A stretch of DNA of 64,000 nt, from NCBI GenBank assembly GCA_012295275.1, contig CM022666.1, forward strand, positions 124,001 to 188,000, written 5' to 3'. Positions 27,616 through 60,379 of this stretch are shown here, in pieces. This DNA comes from Chrysomallon squamiferum. Its lineage: Eukaryota; Animalia; Mollusca. The notes beneath the pieces are model-generated. The model worked only from the letters and a program-made list of their open reading frames with translations, made no database searches and was not told the DNA's origin. The stretch's first letter is position 1; every line of letters begins with the position of its first letter. Position numbers and translations under genes: made by a program.

Positions 27616-29923
27616 TCATTCTGGTAATGATTCTAGGCCCTGAAAAAAAAGAGAAAAAAAAAATAACAATAATTAAACTGGGGTTTTACTAAAATTTGTT
27701 TCTAGTCATTTCAACACTAATAAACAGTGCACACTATTTAAACAAAAATCTAATTATAAATGGTTTAATTAGCATAGTTCTGTTGCTGTAAACATGCATT
27801 CAAAAACATTTCTAGGACAATACTGCCACCTAACATCAGGAATGTACTATAGTATTTTGCCTTCACAGCACTGCATCCACTTAACTGTAACTTTCATTCC
27901 ATTGTGCTTTTATTTTAATTTTTTTAATACCCTCTAAAATAAAGCAATGGGTGTTTGCCAATTTTCCATAAATTCCAGAGAAAGAAATCCAAATTTGAAT
28001 GACAAAATTCAAGTATTTTCCAGTTATTCCATTATGTGTTTAAAAATAATAATAATAAATAAAACCAATAAATTCAATTTCAGGAAAACTTAGGTTATTA
28101 GTGAATAATCCACCTCTGTGAGGACAGTTGTAAGGTGGATATATCCCTGATTTAAAATATATCAGCTTGCATTAAAGTCTGTATGTTTTAGATTATAGCT
28201 TTTCAAGCTCTACATCTGCAAATTTACCAGCAGTTTTATTGAATAAATAAATATACTTGTAGGAAAATAGCATAACTATTTATTTAAAAAACTAAATTAC
28301 TGATCATATGTTTATTAGTAATGTAATCTGAACAAAAGAAAGTAAATCTGAGTAATTAGTGCTGATGTTACTCACCCGAGGTTTGTACTCGCTGCCTGTA
28401 ATCCTCTTGTCTCTCAGGTACCCATGCCAGTCCATGTTAAATGATGCTTCCCAGTCTCGACAACATGACTTTTAAAAAATAAAATAAAATAATAATGACA
28501 CAAACATACATATTGTATGTAAAAACAGACAGACCAATTTGACAAAGACAATGAAGAAATAGTATAAAAAACAAAGCCTCTGATTAACTTATTCTAAAAG
28601 CATCACGTGTTTTTGTAGATCTTCACATGTTCACCATCCATATTTCTATGCTTACAAAAATAATGAATAATGCCTGATAATGGAAGACTATCAGTCATTT
28701 TCATTTCCTATGGTTTTATGATAATCGTAATATCTGTACACATACATACATATATGTTACCAGTCAAAAGATCCCTGTCACAATTCAGACTTCTTGTCTC
28801 AATCTCTCTGGTCACTGTCAGGAATGCAGATTATCTCGTCTCAACTTTGTCATAGTTGTTAGTGTTTTCTCTTCACAGACAGACAGAAAATCTTTAACAT
28901 GCTAACCAGAGCGAGCTGTTATGAAGCACGTCTAACTCTAAGACAAGCACACTCTTAAAATTCTCACTGGGTTTATATAGTTTATATTTATCCATGTTAA
29001 GTCAAAGAGGCCAAACATCAGAGACAAGACATTTAAAATTTGATCGTTTTTTTTGTGGAATTAATGTCCATGTTACATAAAACAGGCCACTGAACTGCAC
29101 AATTAAGAACACTACTCACCAAACATCAGACTAATTCAGGCTAATTCTTTGACGTCTCCCCCTACAATGTTTACTTGTTTATTTAGCTTTAAAACTGTGT
29201 ACTTAATTCTGATCCATACAATATAATAAACTTTGTTACTCATCATATGATCATGGTATCCACTGGTTGTGTTGATAATATGGTCCTTTGTATGCGGGGA
29301 CGATATGACGTGGGGATGTTGTGACTAGTCACTATTTGGATGATTTCTGTCAGTTAACACAACTACCAGTGGGTCAGTGGTTTGATGAACAGGATTTTAG
29401 TTTATCAGAAACAATGTATTTTCATACTGTGATATGTTTGTCTCTTAATTGACAACTACTTAACTGATGATTGCTATTTAATTATAAATGTGTTGTGATG
29501 TCTGACGTTAATTTACTGCAAAGGACTTGACAGACATTCTACTTTTAACTGAAATTTACATCTAAACTGCAAATGACCTTCATATTTTCTCACCATGCAC
29601 CGGTGCTTTTAAATCATTACAAGATTATCAACTTATTTGACATTTATCATTCGACAGTATAACATAAATATATATTCTGTTACACTTCATTTTTGACATA
29701 AACCGTTTTCATGACAATGCATTACAAAAAGATATTTACTTTGTAAACACAGAATCTGAGAATGGTGCATCACACTATAGATTAGTGAATCGTGATACGT
29801 CGACAAAAAACAAAACCTTACCTTTCCGTTTCTAAATAACTTGTTCAGACCAAAATTTATAACATGCGGAGCATATAGACATGCCAGAACTATCCCAGCC
29901 GTGGGTATTATTTCATACCACAT
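27616..29923 (-). CDS. NDUFA1: NADH:ubiquinone oxidoreductase subunit A1 (MWFE subunit), 3 exons, 72 aa
   Basis: Exons 29923-29822, 28468-28376, 27639-27616 give MWYEIIPTAGIVLACLYAPHVINFGLNKLFRNGK-SCCRDWEASFNMDWHGYLRDKRITGSEYKPR-GLESLPE*; the MW(F/Y)E start, single TM helix and RDxRxxG..Y...GLE pattern are typical of NDUFA1. Confidence 0.93.
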
Positions 29924-30425
29924 AATGACTCGCCGTCCACCGACCTCTAGTAGTTAACACCACTAACACCGGAAGATGTTAACTAAAACAACATTGAAAA
30001 TCGAGAGAACCGACTGAAGAAGTTCTTTCATATTAAATGTTTTCGAAAGTTAAACTAAAGAAAAAAGTTACAAATCATCGAAATTTTTAATTAATCAATT
30101 TGTCTAATTAACGAAATTTATTTTGAATTTAAAGTAGAAAATACTTATTTTATTTTATTTTTTTATTGCTCAATTCCATAACATCCATTCGAACACCTGT
30201 ACAGTAATATTGCTGTGAATTGTGAAAATATTATCAGATTCAATAAATCTTTAGAAGTACTTTTGTAAAATATAATAGTTAATAAATAAATAAAAAATTA
30301 ATAATATCAATCAGAAGCATAATTTTGAATAATGAAATATTACTAATGCTATTATCAGTGCGGGACTATGAATTATATTGACAACATCCGTCTTCATATT
30401 ACTGTATAATATTTCTTTTCCCAAA
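29924..30425. promoter_or_regulatory. Bidirectional promoter NDUFA1/UPF3
   Basis: Divergent start codons separated by 502 bp; local CpG enrichment at 29930-30015 and an ETS/GABP-like CCGGAAG at 29969-29975. Confidence 0.7.
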
Positions 30426-38287
<7,862 letters not shown>

Positions 38288-38889
38288 AAAAGAAATCAGT
38301 TGTTTCTTTTTGAAAGACTTAGTGTTGAAAGTTATCATTATGTTGTTATTGTTATTATAATACTATGACATTTTATTTCATCTTATTTTTAATGAAAATT
38401 GATATTTTTGCCTTTTTCCTTTTCTGCAAATACATAAATCCCAGAGAATGTGTTGATTACTTCAATGTTAATTAAAAACAAAAGTTGTTTTGTACACTGA
38501 TATGCTGGGAAAATTTTGTTCAAAGTTATTAAAGATATCAAAGAGTTTGTTTTGTTTTCTTTCTTATACTTCACCAAGCTGTATAACACTCATGCATCTA
38601 AAATTTAATCAAGCTTCAGTGACAGTATTTATAGCTAATCCTAAGGGAAATAAAATTACTAATTTACTGCATCCAGTAAACTGCTGTGGTCTGTTTGAAA
38701 AATAATTTAGCAGATAATTATGAAAATACATATTTACATTTGATAACTAGGTCTGTCTACAAATGAAAAATGCCATGCTGTATTTCATCAAATTTCAGCA
38801 TCTCTTATACTTTAATCTCATGCTAAAAATAATTTACAGATGATTTTTTAAAAATACACGTTTCTATGCCTGTTGTATTTCCTTTTGAC

Positions 38890-38935
38890 AATAAAATAAA
38901 TTATTTCAAGGATATACACACATTTTTTTTTTATT
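38890..38935. terminator. Opposed poly(A) signals: AATAAA (+, UPF3) and AATAAA (-, RBMX distal end)
   Basis: AATAAAATAAA at 38890-38900 on + and TTTATT at 38930-38935 (AATAAA on -); strand T/A skew changes around this point. Confidence 0.45.
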
Positions 38936-40497
38936 GCAAATAATTACTATGTGATAAGAATCGATTTGGCTTCTGCATAACATGGCGACGTATTTTTGAG
39001 ATGGAAAAACTGAAGTTATAAGTAACACACAACAGGCTACTCTAACTGTTACAAGCATTCACTGTGATGTGTGCAAGTTACAGGGCAATGGATGGAATGT
39101 GAAATAAAACAAAAACCTTTTCTTTGTTCAAGTAATCTTTTGCTTTAAATAAGTGTTTTGATGCCAGTATAAATACAGCAGGCTTAATTCTGTGTAAAAA
39201 TGTTAAATTAATTCACATGTACTTCTAATGTGATTTACTAAATTCCATTCCAAACAGTTCTCCACAACTAATTTATCAAAGATTGTGGTATATGTTTTCC
39301 TGTCTGTGAAAAGGTATTTATATAAAGATTCACTGTAACTCCAGAAGCCTTCTCTGATATTTCAACATTGTAAAAATTCTATTTTTACTACTATTTTGAG
39401 ATGTAATTTAAAAATTCATTTATTCTTATTTACTGTCATCAGCGAGTGCTCAAACATTGAAAAAACCCACAAAAAACAACAGTGAAAAATAGTTTTTAAT
39501 ATGTAACAAATTGTATAAAAGTAGATGTTCTGTAAACACGTATAAAAACCTGAATATCATCTCATAAAATAATGAAGACTGTTAACAATATATATATATG
39601 TATAGAAAACAAAACATTCATTCAAATACTTTTTAAATGTAAAAAACAGAACATATCAGACTAGACAAAGTGTATCAAAATATATATCTATATAAAAAAA
39701 TTTGACATTTTATTTCTATATTACATTCACATATTTGTAAATTACTTACTGATAAAATAAATATTTCTTCCAAATACTGTTTAACATTTCAAAAACTTCA
39801 CTTCTTTCAAGAGATCATATAACCATATTTAGAATTCAGTTATTCAAATACAGGTTTATAAATAATTCAGATATATGTAACAGTAAGGTTACTCACTGAT
39901 AATATAAAAATGTAACATTCTACAGTAAAAGTCTTTACCACACCTGCCACAGACAGGGAGGGGCTACCTCATGTACTTTTACTCTCCAAAGAAGTTTTCC
40001 ATCTGCTGTTATAAACAAATGTACACATTCAGTGAACATTATTCTATTTTTATAATTTTTTGAGTTTTCTATGTATCAGTAGCTGTTTGTTGAGCACACC
40101 AATATAATGGGTTTTTTATTTACTGTCTGTATGTTTCATTTACAACACTCCAGCACAAATCAATGATGGGCTATTGGGTGCCACTCAGAGGTTAGGAATG
40201 TGAAGAAATATTAAAATAAATCAGTGTAATAAGCCAAGTTACAATACACAACATAATGAAAAGATAATATAAACATTATCTCAGACAGGTTTTAATATAT
40301 ATCATAAAATGTTTTAAAACAAATAAACTGATTCCATCACACCTGTAGTTTCACATACGTCCTGCCTAACTACCTATGAGAACAATCCATCAAAATGTGA
40401 CACACTCAACACACACTGAACTGGGTAATTCTTCCTCAAAATAAAAATCCAAGTCCGTATTAAGAACGACCAATGCATGAATGTCACAAGATAACTG

Positions 40498-40640
40498 TCA
40501 CAAACAGTGTGAAGCAGACGAGACTGGTATCACCAGACTGCAGATAAGACTTTGTTTGTCACTGCAGCTGTCTACCACTTTTGTTCCATGCTTGTTATGT
40601 TCTTTCTGGTTAACACCAATCTTGTGAAGTTGTGAAATGT
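40498..40640 (-). other. Candidate distal alternative last exon of RBMX (coding part)
   Basis: Strong minus-strand acceptor CTAAACTGTTTGTTCCTTTTTGTTTTCTAG ending at 40641; open 47 codons in phase 1 (DISQLHKIGVNQKEHNKHGTKVVDSCSDKQSLICSLVIPVSSASHCL*). Confidence 0.45.
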
Positions 40641-43600
40641 CTAGAAAACAAAAAGGAACAAACAGTTTAGTTGGAGTATACTAAATGAAAGAGGCACTTA
40701 AAACTTTAACTTTGTAAATGTATTAGTAGTAAATTAGTACTAGCAAACCTCTTTTTCCAATATTAAAAAAAGAAAAGAAAAGAAAAGAAAAAAGTTAAAG
40801 AAATAAGAGAAAAAATATTGTAACATTACACAAGTTCTGATAAAATAAACACATTTTATAATACATGAATTATGAATCATTATCAGCCACTATACACTCA
40901 CAATAATAAGTAAAAAAGATCAATAAAAATACGTAGTAATACTTTCACTTTTTAAAAATAAATTATAATAGTTTGTACATACACTGCTGATTGGATGAAG
41001 ATATATCATCAACTTGCAATGAAGGAGACATTTAAAGACAAAAACATTAACATCATAACTGATTTACTTTGTAATATAAAAATTACACATATTAATCAAA
41101 GCTTTCCAAGCTAAACTGAGTTTTGCAATATGTTTTTTTTTCTTTTTCTTTCTGTTGAAAGAATCTCGACATTTTCCTCTTTTGTTTGTAGTAGTAGGTT
41201 CCTTTGAAAAAAAAGACTGTGGATGTTTTGTTGTGAACAGCTGCAGTGGTACAAGTCACAGTAATGTACAAGCTACCTTCAACAATAAAATATTAATGAC
41301 ATTTCCTTGCCCAGCATGCATCTTCACGTTTTTTTTGTTTTCTTCTTCTTTTTGAATTTCATTTTCAGAGAAACTTTCCCAGCATACAACATTTACAAAA
41401 TTTACAAAGCAATTGCACATGTTTCTCACCCTTACCTTTTGTGAAATACCTGTCTCTACCTTTCTCTTTGATCCGTTTTCACTCCTTGTTCTTTCCTTCA
41501 AGTAAGCAGTTCAGTTCTTTGACATCATTGCTTGGTACTCCCTTACTTCTGACAATGTCTGGATAAGTAACTTTCAAAACAAAATATTAACTATCTGAGC
41601 AGTTAAATGTAATGAAGAGGTCACCATTATCACTTAACATTCTCTGTATTGCACATCATCTCAAGTTCAGTGATGCTCTAATATATTTTGTTCTTCATTG
41701 GGCAAAATAGTTAAAGTCAAAATGTTTCATTTTTTTTCTTTTTCTAAAAGGATTTTATAGAATAAACTTTATTTCTCTTCAAATAATAAAGTTTCATCTT
41801 TAATTAAATTGCGAACAAAGATTGCCAACAATTTTTTTTTTTTTTTTTTTTTTTAAATTATGCATAGACAATATTTCTTTTGGTCAGTCTTGGGACAATT
41901 TTTGCATTCCAGAAGTATCAAAACTTTCTTCTCAGTGGAAAAGAAATTGCAGAAGTATTTGTTTCTAGCTAAATTTACAAATAAGAAAACAAATCTTACA
42001 ATTGTACTTATATTTAAATAGTTATGATTAAATTCTCCATGATCAGTCATTTACAGAAATCAGTTTTGTGAGTTAATCCAGTGTTTTCACTTGTCATCTT
42101 TGACTAACTTCCCAAGGGAGATTCATTCACTAATTGAAAGCAAAATTACACTGAAAGAAGATTATCTCAAATTTCTAAACATTGCTGCAAGTGTAAGAGT
42201 AACCTTTTAAAAATAGTGTTCAATGAAATAATACTGTAAAAAAAACTATTATTAAAAAAAACTTTTTCATCATTATGTGTTGAATATGTCCTAATGGTAT
42301 TTTATAAATATGATTTTAATAATAAAAAATATATAAATAAATAAAACAAAAAATAAGAAGTATAATTAAACTTTGTCTTCATTTTCTTGTCTTGTTTAGT
42401 TCCTATCTTCCTTGTTGCTATTTCTACACTGTACCAAATTATATAACTTTTTCACTTTAGCTCTTGCACTTAAAACAATTTTTAAAATGTTGTCTGTTAA
42501 TGCTAGTTATCACTGTCTGATTTATTAACTTTATCAGTGACACAGCTGTTCACAGAATAATGAGTAAAACAACTAGAAGAGTGCGATGCTTATTCTTTCT
42601 TCACACAAGGCATGAATCAGTAGCCTTCATAGCAGCCGTGAACTTCATTAGCTTTTTGTTTTATTAAAATTCTTAGCAACTAGGTAACCTGTCAGTGATA
42701 AGTTTAAAATTAATTTCTGATTTTAAAAAGTGACAATTCTTGTTACATTGTGCATAGTTCTAAATTTTTATTTTATTACTCTTTAGACTGCACATATCCA
42801 TGTCACAATACTCCATATTGTAATACATTTGCTGTATGATCATTTTAAAGTTTCCATCTTGCATTACAATTTATTATGTTTTTATCTTCTTATATTTTAG
42901 TGCTGTTGTTGCTAAACATTCATTCTTTTGTACAGAAAATTAAATTTAATTCCTCTATGTTAGTGATAAAGATTTCAGCAATGGAACTTAAATCTTCCTC
43001 TTTGTACTTCTTTTCCAACAAGATATTAGTGTATTAAGTGATTAAGTAAAGATACTTTTTTTAAATAGGATTGGTTTTGATCTGAATATATATCTGAATA
43101 GTTTAACATCATTTCATCATTTCTGATTATTCTTTGATTTTCTGTCACCAAACTGTACAAGAAAATAAACAGATGAACTCAGTGGTTTGGCTAACATCTA
43201 CATGTACATTGATATTCTTGGTGGTTTCACTAACATCTACATACATGTCAGTATTGTTGGTTTCTTTCTGCTGAATGTATCATAACGTTGAAAGGTATCA
43301 AATTGTAACATTTTCAGATGACTCTGGAAACATTTTGGTTTGTGTTGAGTTCTTCTTTCAAGTTAGACAGATACCATTTTATTCAGGTGACTAAAACTTT
43401 AAACACCACCAGTTCCACTGTCTGCAAGCGGCATGACATGTTTTTTGACCACCAGTGTATTTGACTTTTTCCATCCTCATTCTACATCCATTCTACCACT
43501 GAGATGTATAGAGATTCTCAGTCAACTCCTAGAAGACTTTTGCTTCAAGAGGGAGGTAGATAACATATGGGAATATCCATAATTACTTGCAGTTTTCATT

Positions 43601-44522
43601 CTTATCTGTTGTCAAGTTATCTTGAAAAATCAACTGGTACTCACAGCAACAAATTAGCAATTCAGTCATAATTTCTGTATTTGTTTGGAGATTGGACATG
43701 TCATCAACATTCAGTATCTTTTCTTATCAAGATATACACAGGTTCCAAGTAACTGCACAGCAGTAGCTGCAATTCAAATTCTGCTTTCTTTTTCATTTCC
43801 AAAACCACCATAAATTTCAGACTCTTTTTTTACTATTATTATTATTATTATTATTTGTGTTATTTTATAACCATGTATTTTTAAAATCAAGAATTATCAA
43901 AATTATTTTCTTAATAAAGAATATATTTCAGAAATATTGGTAACAGTATTCCTTGTACAATTAAGCATAAATGAAAAAAAAAAAACCCATGTATGTATTA
44001 TAATTTTATCTCTGAAACTATTAGTTAATTTGAGCAAAGTGAAATGTTAACTTGTTACTTTTAATCTGATTTCTGGATAAAATGTTGTCAAAATTCTTCA
44101 GAAGATAAATAATGTTATACCATTTTAACATGTATAGTTTATTAATACAAATAAAAAGCTGTCCACCTCTATACAAACTTCTGCACCTAGATGAACTAAT
44201 GGTGACAAAATGAATAAAAAATAAAATGAAACGATAAATGTACATCTAAAAATCAATTCTTATTAAAAGAAAGAGGGAAAAAAACAAAAAAAAAAAAAAA
44301 AAAAAAAAATTATATTGACTGATGAATGGATATAAACCTTAAAAGTGATACTGGTTGTGTCAAATGAATTTGGGACAGCAACAAGAAGCTGTATATGGTG
44401 ATTTCAAGCCTTCCATAGGTCCACAAATATTCAGCTAGTCTGTAAATTCATTGTAATTGCACAATTTTTCTTTTCATATCCGTCTATCTATGGAATAACA
44501 TCACTCATGTGACTGTCAATAT

Positions 44523-54891
<10,369 letters not shown>

Positions 54892-55433
54892 CTAGAGTTA
54901 GTATAACTATAAGCTGGTACTTTGTATCTAAACAATTTAAGCATCTCTCTCATTTTCATGTTTCCATGAACAAATGCATCTTGTCTATTGATCTTTAATT
55001 TGTTTATTAATATTAGTAAAACAGTAAATTATTAATTCTTTTTAAGTTTTTCTATCAATTCTCAGCGACTAAGGATATTCAATACAGCAAATAAGGACGT
55101 TCGTTTCATTTTTAGTTTAAATAATAATAAGAACGTAACAGTTAACTCAGTAACTACAACTTGAGTACAAGCAGATAACAGATATGAGATAACAAAATTA
55201 ATAATATCTGATTATATGATATCATTATGATTATGATTATTAAAATATGATCTTATCTTAATATGATATCTAATATCGTATCGAGATAATCAACTTATTC
55301 GCCGATTATAGCCACAACTTAATTTATTTTTACATATTCTGCAATTTATGGTTATAACATTTCATTATAAATCAATAAATAATTTAAGTGATCGGTATAT
55401 ATAAAGTCGAAAATCAAACCTTTCGTCTTTCAC

Positions 55434-55549
55434 AAAAATGGCGTCTACTTGTAAACTACACGCAGGTCGTACTTTTAAGAACAAGGGAAACTGAAGCGTA
55501 ACATTTATTAAACATTGTTGGGTCTCACACACCATTTGGACGCCATTTT
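55434..55549. promoter_or_regulatory. RBMX promoter with two outward-facing YY1/Pho-type motifs
   Basis: GACGCCATTTT on - (55445-55435) and the identical 11-mer on + (55539-55549), next to the RBMX non-coding exon 1 donor at 55420. Confidence 0.6.
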
Positions 55550-57313
55550 GTTATTATGAACGAACACTCAGGATGATCTTCCATCAGATGCAGTTTTATT
55601 TTGGTAACATGGTAATTATAATACTGTCGTATTGCATTTTCTACACAATTTGGTCAAGCCATATGCTGTGAATTTATGAAAAAGTGAGAAAAAAATCCAC
55701 AAACAAAAGAAAGAAAAAAAGAAACGTTGCATATGTACATATAAAAATAGTGCAGGACAGCACATACTCTGAACTTTTAAGCGGTAGTTTGTTCTATTAA
55801 ATTCCTTCCTGTATTGTATGCATAACCTCACAGAGGCTTATTTGTTAAATAAATAAATATTTTATACGACAGAGTATTTTTAATGGTAATTATTATAAAT
55901 TATAATTATTTGTTTACAATTGTTCCTGTATAATTTGTAACAATTACAGAAGTCGCACCATAAATTCTTAAGATATAAAATGACGTAATAGCATCACAGT
56001 TACATTTATAGTTATTGTTGTTACTGACGCTGTTGTTGTTGTTGTTGTTAATGTAAATATTAGTGTTATTATTATGCTTCCGCTCAAATTATTAGACAAA
56101 GAAATGAACGAATCGTAAGGACAAATACCACTGAGACAAGGATTTGAACTCGTTGTTTGGTTTCCTGATTCTGGTCAATACTCAGATTTGGAAGGTCTTC
56201 ACTGGACTACGTCATCGCCATTTCTCCTTTCCCTTTCATGACTCAAACATCCACGTCATTATTGATTTTACAACTGCCAAAATATTGCTCAGTTTATCTT
56301 TTAACGTAACTAAGTGGGTGGTGCTTTATTAAGACCACTATAGCACTGTGTCAAATATGTTCGCAATGTACGCGAAGGACATTTTCTCAACGCTGGACTT
56401 CTACCTGAAAGTACTGCGATGATAATCACACTGACAAATTAATAAAACAAAGGTTGTAAGATTTTCAACATTCGGAATTGTTCGAAGAAAAGCTAACAGA
56501 CATGGTATCTGTGTTGAACGAGATAGGACTTCTGGTTGCGATGCTGCTTTCCTGTCAAGGAATTCTAGTAATGAAATTGTCGGAGGAAGCAACGGGGAAA
56601 AGTGAGTTTTGAACCTTTTGCGTTACGTCCACAAATTACACATTCATTCATCTTCAAACAATATACTGATTACTGTTTAGAACTTAAGACATTCATTCAG
56701 CCATTTGCCACTTAGATAGCAATCTCGTTAAATTTATATAATATTTTATACATGTGTTTTTTTATATTTGTTTATTTCATAATTTTGTTTAGAATATTTT
56801 TTAAATTCAAGATAGGGCATGTCAAAATGTTCCTTCTTACGTCCGCTCGAAACAACAAAACACATTATACGGTAATAAATTATTAACCAGAAAAGATAAA
56901 TAATAAAAAATATAATAATAAAAAATAAAAAAATAGAAGAAGAAGGTCACAAATGATCAAGAGGATTAGTATTTTAAAGCAAACAGTTTCAGGTAATATT
57001 TTAAGAAACTTGAGAGCAATTAAAAAAAGAAAGAAAGAAAGAATTAAACTGAACTGAATTGAAATAAATAAATAAATAAATAAAATAAAAAATTCACACT
57101 GATGATGACGAAACATTCATCTCTAATTTTAGAAAAGTAATTCCGCGATGAATCTGGTTGCTTTCTGTGTCTGTCGGTCTGTAAAATATGTACATTTTAT
57201 TTAACACTGTTGAAGATAAGATATATATTTATATATAGCTTTATGAAAAAAATATTTGGTACCATGCCCAGTTTGCTTTGATATTATATCTAATAAACAT
57301 TTATTTATTATTT

Positions 57314-57351
<38 letters not shown>

Positions 57352-57414
57352 GCGCTGCAGTATATCCTGAAATATGTTTTTGTTACTACTATATGTCCTT
57401 GTTTCTACTGCTAC

Positions 57415-57465
<51 letters not shown>

Positions 57466-57813
57466 AGCCGTCGAAATTCGGCTCATTTTGCGACATCCAT
57501 TAAGAGCGTCAGATATGATTTTAAAGAAAAGATTATTGCTGCAAAAAATACTGATACGTAAAATCCCATTTTGGCAATGTTAATCATGATTGATTTTACA
57601 TTCATCAGCAGTTGATTTAAAAGGGAAATATTCGAGATTGTTCATACAAACTTTTCACAGAGCTCTGTTTTAAATTAAATCTGCATTAGCTATTACGGCG
57701 CCGATGCCGAATGCTGCTACGAAATGTGAGGTCTACGTATACGCATGCACGCACGCACACACGCACACACGCACACAAATACAAATGAGTAAAAAAAAAT
57801 ATTTTTGTTTCAG

Positions 57814-58060
57814 TGATCTCGCGGAGGCTAGAAAGCATGGATTTCAAACTGTTCAACTTGACTGGAAAACCTATAATTAGAACTGATTACGTTAGAGTGG
57901 AAAAGTAAGTTTCTGCCATTTCGTTTTGCATTATGTCATCAGTATAATTTTTTCTTCGCAGTCCTTATTTGTTGCATCTAGATGCTGTTATTTATCTACC
58001 GCAGATCATTCTTTGATTTTTTGTACTAATAGATTTTACCAATACTAATACAATTTTAAA

Positions 58061-58113
<53 letters not shown>

Positions 58114-58672
58114 TAAAATTGATGATGTAAATGCCGATTATAATTTTTACATTTTTTAATGTTTTATTTTATTTTTATTTTTATTGTTTATTTGTTTGTT
58201 TTTCCCACACTTTTTATTTCTGAATAATATTTACAGGTTCGTTATGAAAGGCTAAGATTTCAGTCCTGAGTAAAATTAGTTTGTATACCGATTATAATTT
58301 TCACTTTTCCTGAGCGTAATTTTGACAGGCCTACAACTTTTAACTGAGAATTTCATATGTTTATTACTGATGTTTGTTCTTTACAACTGTAATGAATTTA
58401 TTTGCAAACAGCATAACCGCAGCACAACTTGAAGGGGTTGCCGTAGCTGTGAAATTTACTGCAGATGCGAAGATGACGATGACCATAGATGTAAAACGGA
58501 TGAACTGTACCGTTGACGTAGATGGAAATTTGATGGGGTTCGTGTGAGTACAGAAAAGAAAAACGTTTTGAAATCTGTTCCCGATGATTAGCAAATCACA
58601 TCATTTTCAATTAATATGTCTGCCATTACCCACAACTTTAATTTATTATATATTTTTTTTCATATGATTATG

Positions 58673-58726
<54 letters not shown>

Positions 58727-60348
58727 TAGTATATAGATTCGTTTTCATCTACTGTGCGATTTTTGTTATATTTTCAAAGGTAGAAATATCTATGCGTTGA
58801 ATGACAAACTTATATATATATATATATATTATCTAAGAATAATATTAGTCTTCTGATGTTACTTCAGTGTTAAAATTATTAGTGGATAATATAAGCAAGT
58901 AGGTAACGGAAGGGAGATTTAAAATTTCATTAAACAGTTTAGGCTACATAATGTGAAAGTGTATTAGAAGTATTGTTTTATCATACTCATTGATTTCCTT
59001 TTTTTTTTTTTTTTTTTTTTTTCGTTTCCTTCAAACAGCAAAGTGAATGACAAACCACTTGTAGAATTTTTTGATTCTGTGGTCACTATCAACATTGCTG
59101 TGGGTACGTTTAACTTTTTATTATCATGACAGTATGATTTAACTAAAGCATTTTAAACTGTGTCTTAACTGTTAATACTCAATTTAAATAAACCATTTTA
59201 ACAAGCTATCATTTGATTTTAATTTTATAAATTATTATTATTATTATTATTATTATTATAAAAAGTTGTCTTTAGGTGTAGTCAAAAATTCTTTGAATTC
59301 ATTTATTTGTAAACAACAACAACAACAACAACAATAATAATAATAATATGAGTTTTTCAGCAGACAATTTTATTTTCAGGCGCAAGTGGCGAGGACTCAG
59401 TTTCTATGGTTACCTTCTGCAGTATGAAAGTAAATCGAGCGGCTGTGACGTCACAACACTGGGCTGTGAATGTCGCCAAAATAAAAGTGGTTCCACTACT
59501 GACTTCAGGCACGCACTTGTCTGATAAAGTGAGTTTAATTCTTTTTCTTCTTCTTCTACTTCTTTTTTCTTTTTTAAAGGTATATAAACAAATGATAAAA
59601 GTACTCTGAATAGAAATGCATTAATTCATTGTTTAAATGAGTAATTTATTTTAAACATAATGACTATGCGAATAATAAAGTATGGAACTTCACGATGATG
59701 TATCACTATATGCAGACAGTCAGAGCATGAATATATTTGTAAACTAATCACTTGTTTATTGTCATTTACAGTGATTTGCTTCATCAGCATATTTATTCTA
59801 CCAATTGAATTTCAGAACAGGAATTAGACATTTTACTGTGATGTGTTTGTTGTGAGACAGGCTGCTAAAATCAGTGTAGTTTGGTAGTAAAAAAATCTAT
59901 TTACTTCAGTGAATTTTAGACTACTTTTTGTGTTTCAGCTTTGCCCTCACATTAAAGAAAAGCTGTTAGGAAATATCTTAAGTCTGCTTGGACTTGCAGG
60001 TAAAACTTGTTTAGTTTGTCATTTTAAATGTTGTTTTTTTCTTCTTCTTCCCTCTCTCTCATTTTATGATTCACTTTTATTTATATTTATATTGTTTTTC
60101 TTTGTTTGTTTGTTGGTTGATTTTCTGTATCTAGATATAAATTAATACAGTGATATATATGTTTTATCTAAATGGTGTTATGGTTAACATTGTTACAGTT
60201 TACGATATTTTGGGGAACCGGAACAAGGGAGATAATTATATGACGTGATCGCGAGTGTGCGTTAGTTTTTGTACGTAGCCATTTTGAAACGTAATAAATG
60301 TTTGGAAACTGAAATGAACTTTGTTTTTAATGATAAACATAACAACAC

Positions 60349-60379
<31 letters not shown>

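Noticed and set aside
56125-56220. B-box-like GAGTTCAAATCC on - suggesting a tRNA or SINE
   Set aside because: No cloverleaf, no convincing A box spacing and no second copy in the window.
56401-56592. 63-aa minus-strand ORF in higher-complexity sequence
   Set aside because: Non-ATG start, no recognisable motif and no phase-consistent partner exons found.
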